DNA of 64,000 nucleotides, taken from NCBI GenBank assembly GCA_964016885.1, contig CAXHJY010001675.1, positions 1-64,000 on the forward strand. Direction: 5' to 3'. Shown here piece after piece: positions 38,793-51,599 of the stretch (position 1 is the first letter of the stretch; every line of letters begins with the position of its first letter). The notes beneath the pieces are model-generated. The model ran no database searches. It saw only the letters and a list, made by a program, of their open reading frames with translations, and was not told where the DNA came from. Both the position numbers and the translations under genes were made by a program. The DNA comes from Eledone cirrhosa (lineage: Eukaryota).

Positions 38793-39090
38793 GATCAGAG
38801 GATCACTTCAGGTAAGACACTACTCTGAATTGAGAGATCACAGCTCCGATATTATGGACAAGTGGTTGGAATGTCTTGGGGAAAGAATTTCTGGACACAT
38901 TTTGAGGACAAAACCAGCCAGCAGAAGACCCAGGGGTAGACCCCAAGAAAGATGATTGGATAACATCTATGAGTTCAGCTGGTCTCATTTGGGGAACGAG
39001 CAGGATCAATTGGAAACCGTTGTTTCTGACAGGGTTCACTGGAAGACAAGCTTAAGGACTCTGCATCCACAACCCTCCCAGGAATAAATA
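38793..39090 (+). mobile_element. Decayed 3' fragment of another RTE-like LINE
   Basis: ERISGHILRTKPASRRPRGRPQER resembles the RTE C-terminal GRP motif. Confidence 0.6.
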
Positions 39091-39317
39091 TGTCAAGAAA
39101 ATTATTTTTGTTTAGTCCCAGGTCAACTCTGATAAAGCAATCTTATTATGTAAGGTGTCTTTCCTTTTTTTTCAGAAGACAATAGACTGTGGTTTGAAGG
39201 AGACTTGGTTGCTATTTCTAGCAAGTTGTGTAAACACATAGAGGCTCATTTGTGATTTTCTGTACATGTTTATCATTAGGTATCACTGTTTTATCTTATA
39301 TTTATGACAATACTTCA

Positions 39318-39650
39318 TTCATCATCATCATCACTGTTTTACGTCCATTCTTCCACGCTAGCATGGGTTAGACGGGTTGTCCTGTTGTGGGTAATGCTAG
39401 TTCAGCTGACCATGTGTTGCTCATACAGAACTGATTTTGGCTTGATTTCTACAGCTGGATTCCCTTCCTAAAACCAACCTCATTAACTGATTACTGGATG
39501 CTTTTTTACTGTGGTGCCTACACGACTGCTTTACACTGTGGACTGGGTGCTTTTTGTTGTGACACCTACACAACCACTTTACAGTGGGAGGGGGCAGGGG
39601 CATACTGTCTATATGCTTCAGCTTCGGCTTGTACCCCTGGGAAGTCCTGT
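39318..39650 (-). mobile_element. RTE-type 3' UTR/SINE tail
   Basis: Near match to 12815-13135. Confidence 0.8.
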
Positions 39651-40189
39651 TGATATATGCTAGTGGCATACCTAACATGTGGAACTGTAGTTGTAGCACT
39701 CTCTAATTTGCTTATATTTCTTTTAATATCAGATGTACTATTGTCAAGAATGTTAAAGGTGTATTATCATTATCTGATGAGGATCCACATAAGCCTAAAG
39801 TTGAAAGCTGTGTGAACTAGAACTTCCTGAGAATCTGAACGTTTCAAAATCAAATAAATATACGTTCTGTTTAACTCTTTAATACTACTATTTTCTTTAT
39901 TAAATTAAATATAAGTAGCAATGGAGGTGGATGTTCTGAAAATATAGTAGCCAGAATGAGAATGGAATGGAAAAAGTTCAGGGAGCTAGCATCACTGCTA
40001 GCTAGAAAAGGTTTTTCTCTCAAAATGAAAGGCAGAATGTATGGAAGTAGACTTGAGTAATATGTGAAAAGGACCTACAAAGATTGTAAAGAAATGAAGC
40101 TTGCATGCTTCATTTCTTTGCGATGCCACAACAAAAGTACTCAGTCCAACTGTAAGGTGAGCATTTCACCAAGTCACCCTCCTTCTTGA

Positions 40190-41010
40190 CAGGATCTTGA
40201 TCCAGCTGCAGATCTGGCTCATGGCTTCCAACAGGTTGTCCCATAGAAATTCCTAACTTTTCTGTTATATGTTCCCCATCTCTTTCTTACTGTTATAGGC
40301 ATCAAGTAGGATTTCTCTGAATTTGTTATCTAAAGAAGGTTCTCTGACCTTCCATGTCTTCCTTCTCCAGACTGTCTTTTGTCTCTTGGTCCACCTAACC
40401 CTTACTCTAAGGTCACTAACAACTAATCTATGTTGAGAAGTACATTCCTCCCCAGGAAAGGACTTGGCATTTACAACAATTTGCTTGTCTCTTTTCCTGG
40501 TGAGAGTGAAGTCTATTTGGCTTGTGTGTCCACCTGAGTGGTAAATGATCTGGTGACTGACTGGTTTCCTAAAGTTTGTGTTGCAGATAGTTAGCTTGAG
40601 AGCATTACAGAACTCCATTTTTTGTATTGTAATTGTAGCTTCCATGTATGCCAGGAAATCCATTATAGTATTTCCCAACATGTCTGTTGAAGTTGCCAGC
40701 TGCAATTTCAAGATCACTGCCATTTATCATTGAGGTAGTCTGCAGAACTTTATAGAAGTGGTTTTTCTGCTCATTTGCAAGTTCAGCTTATGGAGAGTAT
40801 AGTGGCTGTTGTTTTGCCAGAGGCTTGTCTAAGTTTAATTATTCTATCACACACTCTGACTACTCTCAATTACCTAGTTTCAGCTAGTAGTATACCTACC
40901 CCACCCACCCCTTTTTTGCAATCCAAGAAGAATTTGTACCAGTGTTCATTACCTGAGATGAATCTAGCCGAGGTGCCCTCCACCTCATCATGCACACAGC
41001 CCACATCTAC
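40190..41010 (-). mobile_element. Decayed RTE endonuclease region
   Basis: LTICNTNFRK, SQIDFTL, EECTSQHRLVVSD, ARFISG..WYKFF. Confidence 0.85.
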
Positions 41011-41786
41011 TCGTGTGTGTGTATATATATATATATATATGTGTATACATCCCTTCTCCCTAGACACTATCAGCCACCACTTCTTACTCATCGCCCTGCC
41101 AAATCACTGCATTCACCTATAACTTTATACTTATCACCCTTTCCTATCACCTCCCTCTCCAGAGCAGAGAGGGCTCTTAAGTCATGACTATGGAAAACAA
41201 CCTCTCTAGTGACAGTGCTATGAAATTGCACCTTGTAAGATGGTTGGCAACAGGAAGGGCACCGTGCTGCAGAAACAATGCCTAACAGGTTTGAGTAGGA
41301 CTTTCAGTTGTATCAATGACAACAACTTCCTCGTGTTTGTGATCTAAATGAGAAACGTATTCAGTACTTATTGTAAAGTGGTTGGTAATAGGAAGGGCAT
41401 CCAGCCATAGAAATCTTGCCAAACAATGGGTTGGGAGGATCCTTTACTTGTGTCAAGGACATGAAGGACCCTTCATTTGTGTCAAAGACATGACAACCTC
41501 ACTAGTGCTGATGCCATGATAAAATACACTTGGTAGAATGTGGAACCGTTTGTAAGCAATATGCGAACTCCCAGCCTGTCTGGGAGGTTTGTGGCCTCGA
41601 TTCAGTACATACATGATCTGTGAAGACGCATCCAACACTTGCTAGCCGGAAGAGTGGATGTTACATGATGATGTTAATTGTGAATGGCATCTGGAATAGA
41701 CCTGTTTTTTCTCTAAGAATTTTTTTTTCTTTCTGCCACTGCCCACTCTCCTCTATCTTTCTATTTCTTTTTTAATTTACGATTCT

Positions 41787-41826
41787 ATTTTCTGATGATA
41801 GGTTAGCACCTGAAACGTTAAGATTG
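41787..41826 (+). ncRNA. Minimal hammerhead ribozyme motif (Penelope type), weak helix I
   Basis: CTGATGA-T-AGGT(tagc)ACCT-GAAA-CGT-TA-AGATT; palindromic AACGTT in helix III. Confidence 0.65.
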
Positions 41827-41919
41827 TTTTCCTATTCTATCAAGTGTAAAACTAATAATATATTTCTTCATTGTACTGTGTCGTTTGTTTTGTTATTTCT
41901 GTTTGTCTTTTGTATATAT

Positions 41920-42575
41920 TGTATACGAACAGCAATGTTACATGGTAGTGAGACCTGGGCATTGTGTGCAGATTGGAAAGAAATGAAGCATGCATTTTCC
42001 ATTGGATGTGTAATAGTAATATACACATACAGCAAAGCATAAACGAACTAAGTGAGAAATTGGGCATAAGAAGGATCAGATGCAGTTTACTAGATGGGAG
42101 ATTGTGTTGGTCTGATCATGTGATGCGTATGAAGGATGACAGCTGTATAAAAATGTGCAGGGCAATTGATTGAAAAAAATTGATGGGAGCAATGGATGAG
42201 GTAATAAAAGCTGATCTTGCACACTTGAACTTTAGAGAGGATCAAGATTTTTGGTGCTATGCAAGTAATACAGAAGACCTGCCTTGTAAGCACCTCTTAA
42301 TCCAATTTACACCCTACCCCCACACAACCCTTACCCTGTAAAGTTATGTTGATACCACAAAACATCCAGTCCACACTGTAAAGTGGTCATGTAGGAGACA
42401 TGGCAAAAAGCACCGTAAATGTGGTTGGCATTAGGAAGGGCATCCAGCTATAGAAAACTAGCCCAAAACAGTCCTATATGAGCAAACACCCAACCAAATT
42501 GCCTCAAATGGAACAAATCTGTCTAACCCATGCTAGCATGCAAGATGGATGTTAAATGATGATGAGGACGATGAT
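41920..42575 (+). mobile_element. Decayed RTE 3' end with UTR and (GAT)n
   Basis: CIRTAMLHGSETWAL, DHVMRMKDDSC and shared UTR. Confidence 0.85.
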
Positions 42576-42684
42576 ATATATATTTATTATAAGAACATAT
42601 TGATGTTTAAGTAAAGAATTGCTGCTTTCACCCTTATTGAGGCCTCTTCGGATTTTAGTCTTCACATTTATTACTATATATATA

Positions 42685-43009
42685 CAGTGTACCCCGGCAT
42701 TTGCGGAATTTTATTTAGAACTTAACTAATGATTGTTTGTGGAAACCACCGCATATTCACTGAATCATAAATATCTTCCGCAATTTTTTTAATGGCTTTT
42801 TTCGTTGCAATATATTTTTTAATGCTAGATTATTAATAATAATATACTGTGTTTGCTGGCCTATTGGATGCTCCCTTTTTTAAAATTATATTTTACATTA
42901 TATTTTGACATTTATAGGCATTTTTATGGATCATGTCAAATATTCAAGGTTTTTCAGTCTTCACGGGTGCTCTAGGAATGTAACCCCTACAAATACCAGA
43001 GGACAACTG
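42685..43009. mobile_element. Tigger/pogo-like MITE
   Basis: TA flanks; ends CAGTGTACCCCGGCATTTGCG / CTACAAATACCAGAGGACAACTG. Confidence 0.65.
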
Positions 43010-44289
43010 TATATATATATGTATGTATAGTATATTTGTATGTGCATTTATACATACATGATAGGCCGCAAATTGGCAGATCATTAGAATGTTATATAAA
43101 CTGCTTTTCAGTATTTATTTCACCTCTCTGCAATCTGTGTTCAAATCTCGCAGAGGTCAACTTTGCCTTTCATCCTAACGAGGTCGATAAAAAACGTATC
43201 AGTCCTGTACAGGGGTTGATTCTTCCTTTATGTCTCTTTTTCATTTTGTCTCTATCCTTCTTTAAAAGAAACCGGTTGTGTTCAGACGTGGAAAAATGAT
43301 GAACTCAACCAAGTTTAAATGCCAAAGGCTATGTCACTACGGCACCCCAATGACTCTATTGGGAATTACGGGTCCATACAAACACACATAAACATACATT
43401 CATATATACATAATCACATTCATATATACAACATGTAATAACTACATGTACACGTGTACAAAGAGAAACATGTTTATGTACACAAAACTCAAAACAAATC
43501 CACACATGCAATGGCATTAATATCTGCACACATACACAAACAAACATACATAATTACCTAACTGGCGAATCTCACAAGGGCGCTTGGTTGTTCCAGCGCA
43601 TTAGCCTCGCCATCACCTGAGGCAACGCTGTGAGTGTGCTGGCTTGCCTCAAAAATCATTAGAGAGGTTGCTCGGTACTCCACGCGACATTGCTGTCTTT
43701 TGCTCTGTTGTTGGCTCGGTTGTTCACCCCTTCCTTTAGATTTTCTTTAATATTGTAACATTAAAAGAATATATCTTTCTGAAAGAATCGCAAGCAATTT
43801 ATAATGTTATCTAAGCATTTGTAATGTTATTTATGTATTTATTTAAAACATATTTGTTGTTATTCTACTGTAAATTTATTTATATGCTCTGTATAATAAA
43901 ATAAGTCTTGTTTCTGTGTTAGAAACTGGCTCACTCTCTCTTGGTGAAAATTTCTAAAAAGAACATACATAAATGATGATTGCTTCATCTTGTCAGATGT
44001 TAGCCATCTCAACATCACCTCATTCCTACAAGTCTACACCTTCTCATGTGCACAGAGGTAACTTTTCAATGAAGCAACAAAAATCAAGACCCAGACCCCA
44101 CCCCCTGGCACTGATACCACTCCAATATAGAACACACCAGCACAGGTGACTTGGCACCTGTGGTTGCTCCTGCCAATACTACACCTCCTGAAATGGTCCT
44201 TTGCTTCCAGTGAACTTACTGAGCATTCTGATACCAGCCAGGGGAATTTTTTGTTCCTACTCACAGATGCATTGTTATACTTATGATTA

Positions 44290-45295
44290 AGGAGTAGGGT
44301 AGGAAATGAAGATGGGATAGGAGGTGTTGGCATGTTACTAGCTGACTGAAAAGTGGGTAGATAAGGTGATAGTGGTAGTTAGAGTAAATGACAGAATCAT
44401 CAAGCTCAGAATAGCTGTAGGAAATTGAATGGTGACAATTACATCTATCTATGCTCCACAGGCCGGACAAGGAACTTTTACAGACAACTTTAGGGCCTGA
44501 TGAAAGAGACAGCATCATCCTCGAAGGTGACTTCAATGGAGATGTGGGATTAGTGAGGAATTCAAGGTACTAGTAGGAGTTCATCAAGGTTCGGTTCTTA
44601 GCCCACTGCTGTTCATCATAGTCCTCCAGGCTATAACGGGAGTTTAAAACTGGCTGTCCATGAGAACTTATCTATGCAGATGATTTGGTCCTTATAGCCA
44701 AATCCATAAAAGAACTAGAAAATAAGTTCTGACTATGGAAAGGGAATTTGGAATCAAAAGGGCTGAGAGTAAATTTAGCTGAAACTGAAGTGCTAGTGAG
44801 TAGGAAAGAAGATAAGACCTTGATTCCTTCAGGGAAGTGGTCCTGCTCCATATGTAGAAAAGGAGGCAGAAACTCCATACAGTGTACACAATGTAAATAT
44901 TGGGTACACAAAAGATGTAGTGGGATAACAAGTAGACTAACAGGAAAGGAAGACTTTGTATGTAGATGCACAGGAGTAATTGAGGGAAAGAGCATCAGTG
45001 ATATAAACCCCTTCAAATCACAGGAAGGGTCCATTGAAGTGGTTGGTAGCTTCTGCTATTTAGGTAACTTAATTAGCAGTGTAGGAGGGTACTCTGAAAC
45101 CATAATAACTAGAATATGGATAGGATGGAAGAAGTTTAGCGAGCTACTCCCACTGTTGACAACAAAAGTTTTCTCCCTACATATAAAAGGAAGATTGTAT
45201 GATGCCTGTGTGCAAAGTGCAAGGTAGTGAAACATGAGCAGTGACTGCAGAAGATATGCATAGACTGGAGAGAAATGAAGCAGCCATGCTTCGTG
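44290..45295 (+). mobile_element. Internally deleted, decayed RTE (APE remnant joined to RT C-terminal part)
   Basis: YAPQ and GDFNG remnants, then GVHQGSVLSPLLF, YADD and KWSCSICRKG. Confidence 0.85.
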
Positions 45296-45299
45296 TATG

Positions 45300-46100
45300 A
45301 GGCCTGTGTTCTTACAGCCCTGTTATATGGATGTGAAACGTGGACAACTTAAAGGCATCATATCAGGCAGTTGGAAAGATTCATCAGCATTATGTATGAT
45401 CCATCCTGAACATCAAGTGGTCTTCTTACACACCTGATGCTGCGATACTGAGTATTGAGAGGAGGATTATAATGAACATGGTGTGTTGGGCTGGTCATGT
45501 GGTCAAAATGGAAGATGCAAGGCTGCCTAAACAGCTTTTTATGGGGAGCTGACCAGAGGAAAAAGGCCACAGCATAAAGCAAAAAGAATTATTATGGAAA
45601 ACTGGGAGAGACTGGCTGAAGGCCATACATCACAGAGAAAGATCATCAAGTATGGATGTGATGTCTTTGCGAAAAAGCGAGTGGAGCATGCTGTTTTGAA
45701 GTGTTCAATTCGTAAGCGGGACTCAAGTGCAATGCCTGCAAAAATTCAGCAAGAATTAAGGTGCAATGTATGTGGCCGATTTCTCCTAACACCAACTGGT
45801 TTTGTTAACCATCAGAAATCACACGAGCCAGGAAGAAATAGAGCCAACTGTGAGATGGTTCTATCATCACAGACTCCATGGTATATTTGCAGTGAGTATG
45901 GCTTAATTTGCAAGTCAGCGAGTGGTCTGACCAGAGATGGTAAAATGCATGAAAACACACCCCAGCCAGTTTTACCAGAAGACGAACAGTTCAAGTGTTA
46001 CATCTGTGAACATATCTGCAAAAGAAAAGCTGGTCTGAAAAGTCACCTGCGTACACATGACTGTACAATGTTCAATGAAGGGATGGCATTTTTTTGACAA
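45300..46100 (+). mobile_element. BovB-like RTE 3' fragment ending in three C2H2-type fingers
   Basis: LLYGCETWT, GHVVKMEDARLPKQLFYGEL, then CNVC..H..SH, CSEY(decayed)..H and CYIC..AGLKSHLRTH. Confidence 0.75.
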
Positions 46101-46944
46101 GTAGCAATCAACATGTATGTATGTACGTACCTAATCAGCTACATATGAGTAAAGATAAAAAATATTCGTCATCAAATGACAAGGACTAAAAAAGAAAAGG
46201 GCGCATTAGTTGGTCCCTTTAATATTTGAATCTGCTGCAATACATTAACACCAATGCATTAGTATACATTAAAATTAATTTAACTGATTCCAAAAATATC
46301 ATTTTACGTCTGTTTTCCATACTTGCATGGTTGAAACGTGATTTAGTGAGCGGGGGTAGTATTGTACAACGGGATGCTCTTCCTTCATCTCCTCTGTGGC
46401 ATTTATTCTATTGACACGGGAGGGGCGAAAGACAAAGGCAACCTGACATTACGTTGAATTATTAAATTAAATACTATAATACACTACTATTTCTGTCACT
46501 CCACTACTAACTCACGCATGAAATAGGGCAGTGTTTCCCAAAGTTGGTTCCACGAGATAGGTATTTTTTGACAAAAATTAAGTTTTTTTTCTAAGAATAA
46601 ATTCTCTCTTAAAAAAAAAAAAATTGTTGTTCCATTCAATGTTTTATTAAAATTAAGGTGGTAGCGATTACCCGTAAAACATAGATATGGGTTCTGTAAC
46701 TTAATATCGTAAAGCGTTTTATCTGGCGCTCTATCGATTCTGCTATCCACCGCACTTGTAAATAAAAATAAAGGAGATGATAATAATAAAAACATTAACT
46801 GTAAAAGGTTCCACACCATATTTCTTTCCAAAATTCTCAATAACTATTATGTGGGTGTGTGTGCCACAAAAACACTAGTAACCAGAACTTTTGTGATACT
46901 CGTAACTTTGATTTAATTCGGGTAGACATATATCTTTTGATTGT

Positions 46945-47916
46945 CTAATAAGGGATGTGGAACGGATATTCCGGGTGCTTCGACAAGTGTGGAACAGATT
47001 TATCAAATGTGAAATACCTGAAGACAATTTTCTCTTCTTTAATAGATGTCATGTCTTCTTTTGGGAGCTGAAAATTAAATATATCAAAATTTTCTTTGAT
47101 CCGATTTGGATTGCTGCTTTTTGGAATGACTCTAATATCACACTGGATTAGATACCGCAACATAACCTGAGCAGCAGTTTTCTTATATTTCTTTCCTATT
47201 GCTCTCAGAGTGGGGTTTCGTAAAACTTCCAAGTCTGTGTCGCAACCTTCTACAGAGACATTAATCCTTCCTGGAGAACCTAGAGGAGCAAAAGCAGTGA
47301 GGTGAATATTTTTTTCCCGGCAAAATTTCTGTAGTTTTTTCTGATTTAGGTAAATATGGCATTCAACTTGGTTCGTAAAAGGTTTGATTTTTTTGGCATT
47401 CTTACAGATTCGTTCAATTTGAACAGAGTTAAAATTCGATACGCCGATAAAACGGGTTTTGCCTTCATTCACCAAGTTCTCCAAAGCGTGCCATGTTTCA
47501 ACAAAATCGTAATTTGCCAAAATCAATTGATTGTTTTCATCTTTGGGTAATTTAGTCCCATCTCCTATATTCTTTATTCCAAAAGGAGCATTTATTAGAA
47601 AGAGATCAAGGTAATCAAGTTGGAGATGTTTCAGGGATTGCATCAGAGATGGCCTCACATCTTTTTTCGCCATGTCAGTCATCCATAGTTTGGTGGTGAT
47701 GAACACGTCATTCCGTGACAACTTACCCGTTTTGAAATATTTTTTCAGGGCCTTACCTATATAAGCTTCGTTGGCGAACAACTGAGCCGTGTCGATATGA
47801 CGATAGCCAACATCTAGAGCTGTGGTTATAGCTAGTTCGACTTCTTCCTCATCTGCTGTATCCCATGTGCCAAGACCGATCATGGGCATGTCGATGCCAG
47901 TTATTTTAGCAGCCAT
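46945..47916 (-). CDS. Intronless aldo-keto reductase family 1-like protein with substituted catalytic residues
   Basis: MPMIGLGTW, GYRHIDTA, FITTKLW, IGVSNFN, NQVECH, PLGSP, IPKS, RIKEN, HPEYPF; 323 aa with no stops. Confidence 0.95.
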   Translation of the reverse strand: MAAKITGIDMPMIGLGTWDTADEEEVELAITTALDVGYRHIDTAQLFANEAYIGKALKKYFKTGKLSRNDVFITTKLWMTDMAKKDVRPSLMQSLKHLQLDYLDLFLINAPFGIKNIGDGTKLPKDENNQLILANYDFVETWHALENLVNEGKTRFIGVSNFNSVQIERICKNAKKIKPFTNQVECHIYLNQKKLQKFCREKNIHLTAFAPLGSPGRINVSVEGCDTDLEVLRNPTLRAIGKKYKKTAAQVMLRYLIQCDIRVIPKSSNPNRIKENFDIFNFQLPKEDMTSIKEEKIVFRYFTFDKSVPHLSKHPEYPFHIPY

Positions 47917-50149
47917 AGTTTGAAATAAACTTTAAAAAATTGTAAAAACAATAAAAGGGTCGAAACTATATTTTTTAAAAGGTGGCAGCTAGTTGTCGTT
48001 GAATCGATGTATAGAACTTTAAACAATTTAAATACACAATTTTCAAAATTTTTTGTGCGATATTATTTTTTCAGCAATCTTGATAAGTATATATTGTATT
48101 AGGATGAAAGACTTAACCGAAAAACAAAAGCGAAACAATAACATAGATAATTCAAGATCACTGATATCAGGTGTGGCGAAATGAAAACAAAATAACGAAC
48201 AACTCGGATAACCGACTGCGCTGGTCAACAGTAAGAGGAGAAGTAAAAAGAGGGGGGGGGGAATAAAGAGAATAAGTTAGAGATTGAATTATAGAAAAAA
48301 AATTAAGAGAAGCTGAGAGAAAGAAAACAAATAAATAAAGTAAAGCTGAACGGCGTTGCTAACTGTAGTAAGAAAGAGATAGAGAATGATGAGTAGTAGT
48401 AAGTGGAGATGTCATAGATAAACTAAAGATAAAAGGTGAGGGAGAAAAAACACATATACACAAAGTTAGAGGAGTAGCGAATTAAGAAATCCTAAAAGCC
48501 TTTGTTATAACCCATTCAGTATATTTAAAATATGGTGACAATAAGGAATACATTAACACACACTTTGACGTTGCTATCAGCATTATGGTCACGGCCTCAC
48601 CTACTACTATCATTATTACTTTCTGCGAAGCACTCACAATACTTTACCAGCCAGCCAATGTAATCGATAACTGGAAAACAACGTTTACTTTCTGTTTTGA
48701 TGGATTTATGGACCCTCCATTGTTTTCGACGATCACCCGAACGTCCGATTCGTGAATTAATGTGTAAGTGGTTGAGTATTCTACAGACATATGTACCTAT
48801 AACGTAATTCTCAAACAGAATCACCATGACAATATATGACAAAGATGAACCTTAGTATTACAGATACAATCGATCTTACTGACTTCCAAACAGTTTCTGA
48901 TGGCTCTGGGTGTCAATAAAGAGTCTGAGCAGATTAATCTGCAAGATGTTCAATTTTATTTTAAAGATGTCAAAACATCCTTGCATAATGCTACTGAGGG
49001 AACATTACTAGTTCAAAACCAGCGCTACAAGCATGGAAGTGCCAACAGCCAAACCTGTCCAAGATGTGTGCAGGACAACGAAACTTTTGCCTAAAGTTTT
49101 TTTTAATTTTATTTTTATTTCTATGGGATTGTTAAAGTAAATATCTGTTGCTGTCAGAAGATGAAGGGCAGCATCAATGACCCTTTTCAAAGTATCTATG
49201 ACTAGTGGGAATAAGAGAGAAAGTTATCTTCAGAACATAGACCTAAGCAGGATGCTTGTAAAGCCAGCAACAGATTGTTATTTGGCCTAGGTCATTTCTG
49301 ATGGAGCAGATCTATGAATTAAAAGCATTCTGTCCAACTTTTTGTAAACCGAGAATATCATTGTCCTATACACCCAATATGTCAATTTTTAAAGATGCTA
49401 GGGTGTAATTTCAGGAAAATTTACTTGCTATTTCTGGCAGTTTCTGTAACCACACAGACTTCCTCATTGGCTCATCAAAGTACCACTAATATAGATGGAT
49501 TGAATCCATTTACTATAGTTCTCCACTATCTCCTTAGAAATTTGTCTTTGCAAACTACTTAAGAAATCAATGTATATACTAACATTGTTTAAATCTGAGT
49601 GTTTCTCTAGTATTAGTGAGCTATCCTTACAAATGTTTACAGATACCTGAAGAACTCTGGACATCTAGTCCTTGCTGAAGCTTAAACAACTACCACCTCC
49701 AGGACACTACCCTATCTGTTATTCATGTTCAGGACTTTTTTTCTTTTTTAAGTTACCCAATTCAATCTATGCCTACCAAAGAATAATGTAAACCTTGTCC
49801 CCACCCAAAAGAGGTGCATGTGCAGGAAACCCTAGTCTTTCTGGTGGTTATCACTAAAACTGCCACCAAGAAAAGGACTGGATGGCACTGATGCCACTAC
49901 TTTTCAATGATGCTGCCTCATATTTAAAAAATATAGTTTATAAAAAAACATCCTGAAATATGTTCTTTGTAAAAGAGATTTCATCCAGAATATTCTGAAG
50001 TCCCCTGGGCACCAAAACCTAGCAGTGGCCTTGCTATCCCATCAGAAGGCCACTATGTAGTGAAGGGGCTGAAAGTTGAAATATACTAGGGTGATAAGAG
50101 AAGGAAAGACATGTGGGTCTAAGTATGCGGGTAGTTATTTCAAAACAGC

Positions 50150-50700
50150 AAATAGAAGAGACAGAGACAAGAAACAATGCTGTGAGATAATGGTTGAAGC
50201 CTTATGGTAATGGAAGTTTTGCCAAATCACTGAAATAACTTTCTTTGGGATTCAGATTAGGGTATTAGTGTGTGTAACAGTAGAGCTCTCTCGTAGACAT
50301 GAATATTCAATATGGATCTAACTTAAGCTTAAAGAATTAGCAGCTAAGAGTTGAAGTACTTTTTGGTTCTAAACAGGAATCCCAATTTTTGTGATACAGT
50401 TTGACAATGTTGTATATGTGGGAGTCTCTATGAAAAATCATTTACTGGTAAGCCTAGCATTGGTAGTGCCTGGAGGGTTTCAGTTGTGTGTTGTCTGTAA
50501 CTAGAGAGTGTTAAGTTCAAGACTGTTTCTTTGATAAGTGCTGTGGTTTTTGTAAGTTAGATGAGTAACAGTACCCATGGCCTTTACAGACGTTTCAAGA
50601 CAGATGACATAGATGTGACTGATGCCTAACCACTGACCCACCAGCAGGTCAATATCTGCTGGAAAATATGTGGGTGATAAGGAATAGAGACTATTATTCA
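50150..50700 (-). mobile_element. Highly decayed CR1/L2-group LINE fragment
   Basis: Minus-strand remnant GFLFRTKKYFNS.LLIL...VRSIL. Confidence 0.4.
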
Positions 50701-51599
50701 AATGCTGACAACAGAGTGAACTCCACTAAAGGCAGGAGGTGTGTTAGGCATACTACACAAATAAAAGTATTGAGTTTTTGAAATAAAAATAGTATAGGCA
50801 TGTGGGGGCATTTTTAGAATTGACACATAGAAAATGATTTTTTAAAAATAATTATTTGGAAATAAAGGAGACATAATATTTTCATTATTTTATGTTTGTG
50901 TTCGTTAATGCTTTTATTACTAAACATTATCATTTTGTATCATAGTTGGCTAAATGTAAACTCAGGAAATCGTTTCAGTGTACCTTTCAATTTCATGTTG
51001 ATCATGAATAAAATCAATGAGGATAATATTGATTCTTAAGTTCTTTGTTGTGTGGTTAAGAAGTTTGCTTATCAAGCGCAGAGTTCTGGGTTGACTGATA
51101 ATTTGTAAATGAAATTCGGTAATCGAGAAACTGCCGTGTCATGTATATGCGTTTGTGTTTATGTAAAACAGTGTGTCAAGTTCGGCCCTTTTACGTAAAT
51201 CTGACCTTTAATTACAGTAGGAAAATATTCTAATTGAAAGGGGTTTTCTATTTGCTTTTCTTTTCAGGGCGACAGAAGTCAAAGAAGCCATTAGAAAGAT
51301 GAAAAAATGTGAAATGTGGGATGTAGTCTGGAAGAAAACTTAATTTCTTGTCTGATATTTCACTTTCAGCACTTATTTCTTAATGTCTTATTGTTGCTGA
51401 GACAATGGAATAGTGAAGGATACAACATTATTATGCTTACGGGGTCGATAAAATATAGTACCAGTAATGCACTGAGATAATTGCTGGCCTTGTGCCAAAG
51501 GTAGAAACAATTATTTAGTCTTAACCTGGACTTGCTCAAATGGATGTGTTAACTAGGAATCCTCTTTGTACTTAGGTAAGGAATTTCCTTAGTAATAAG

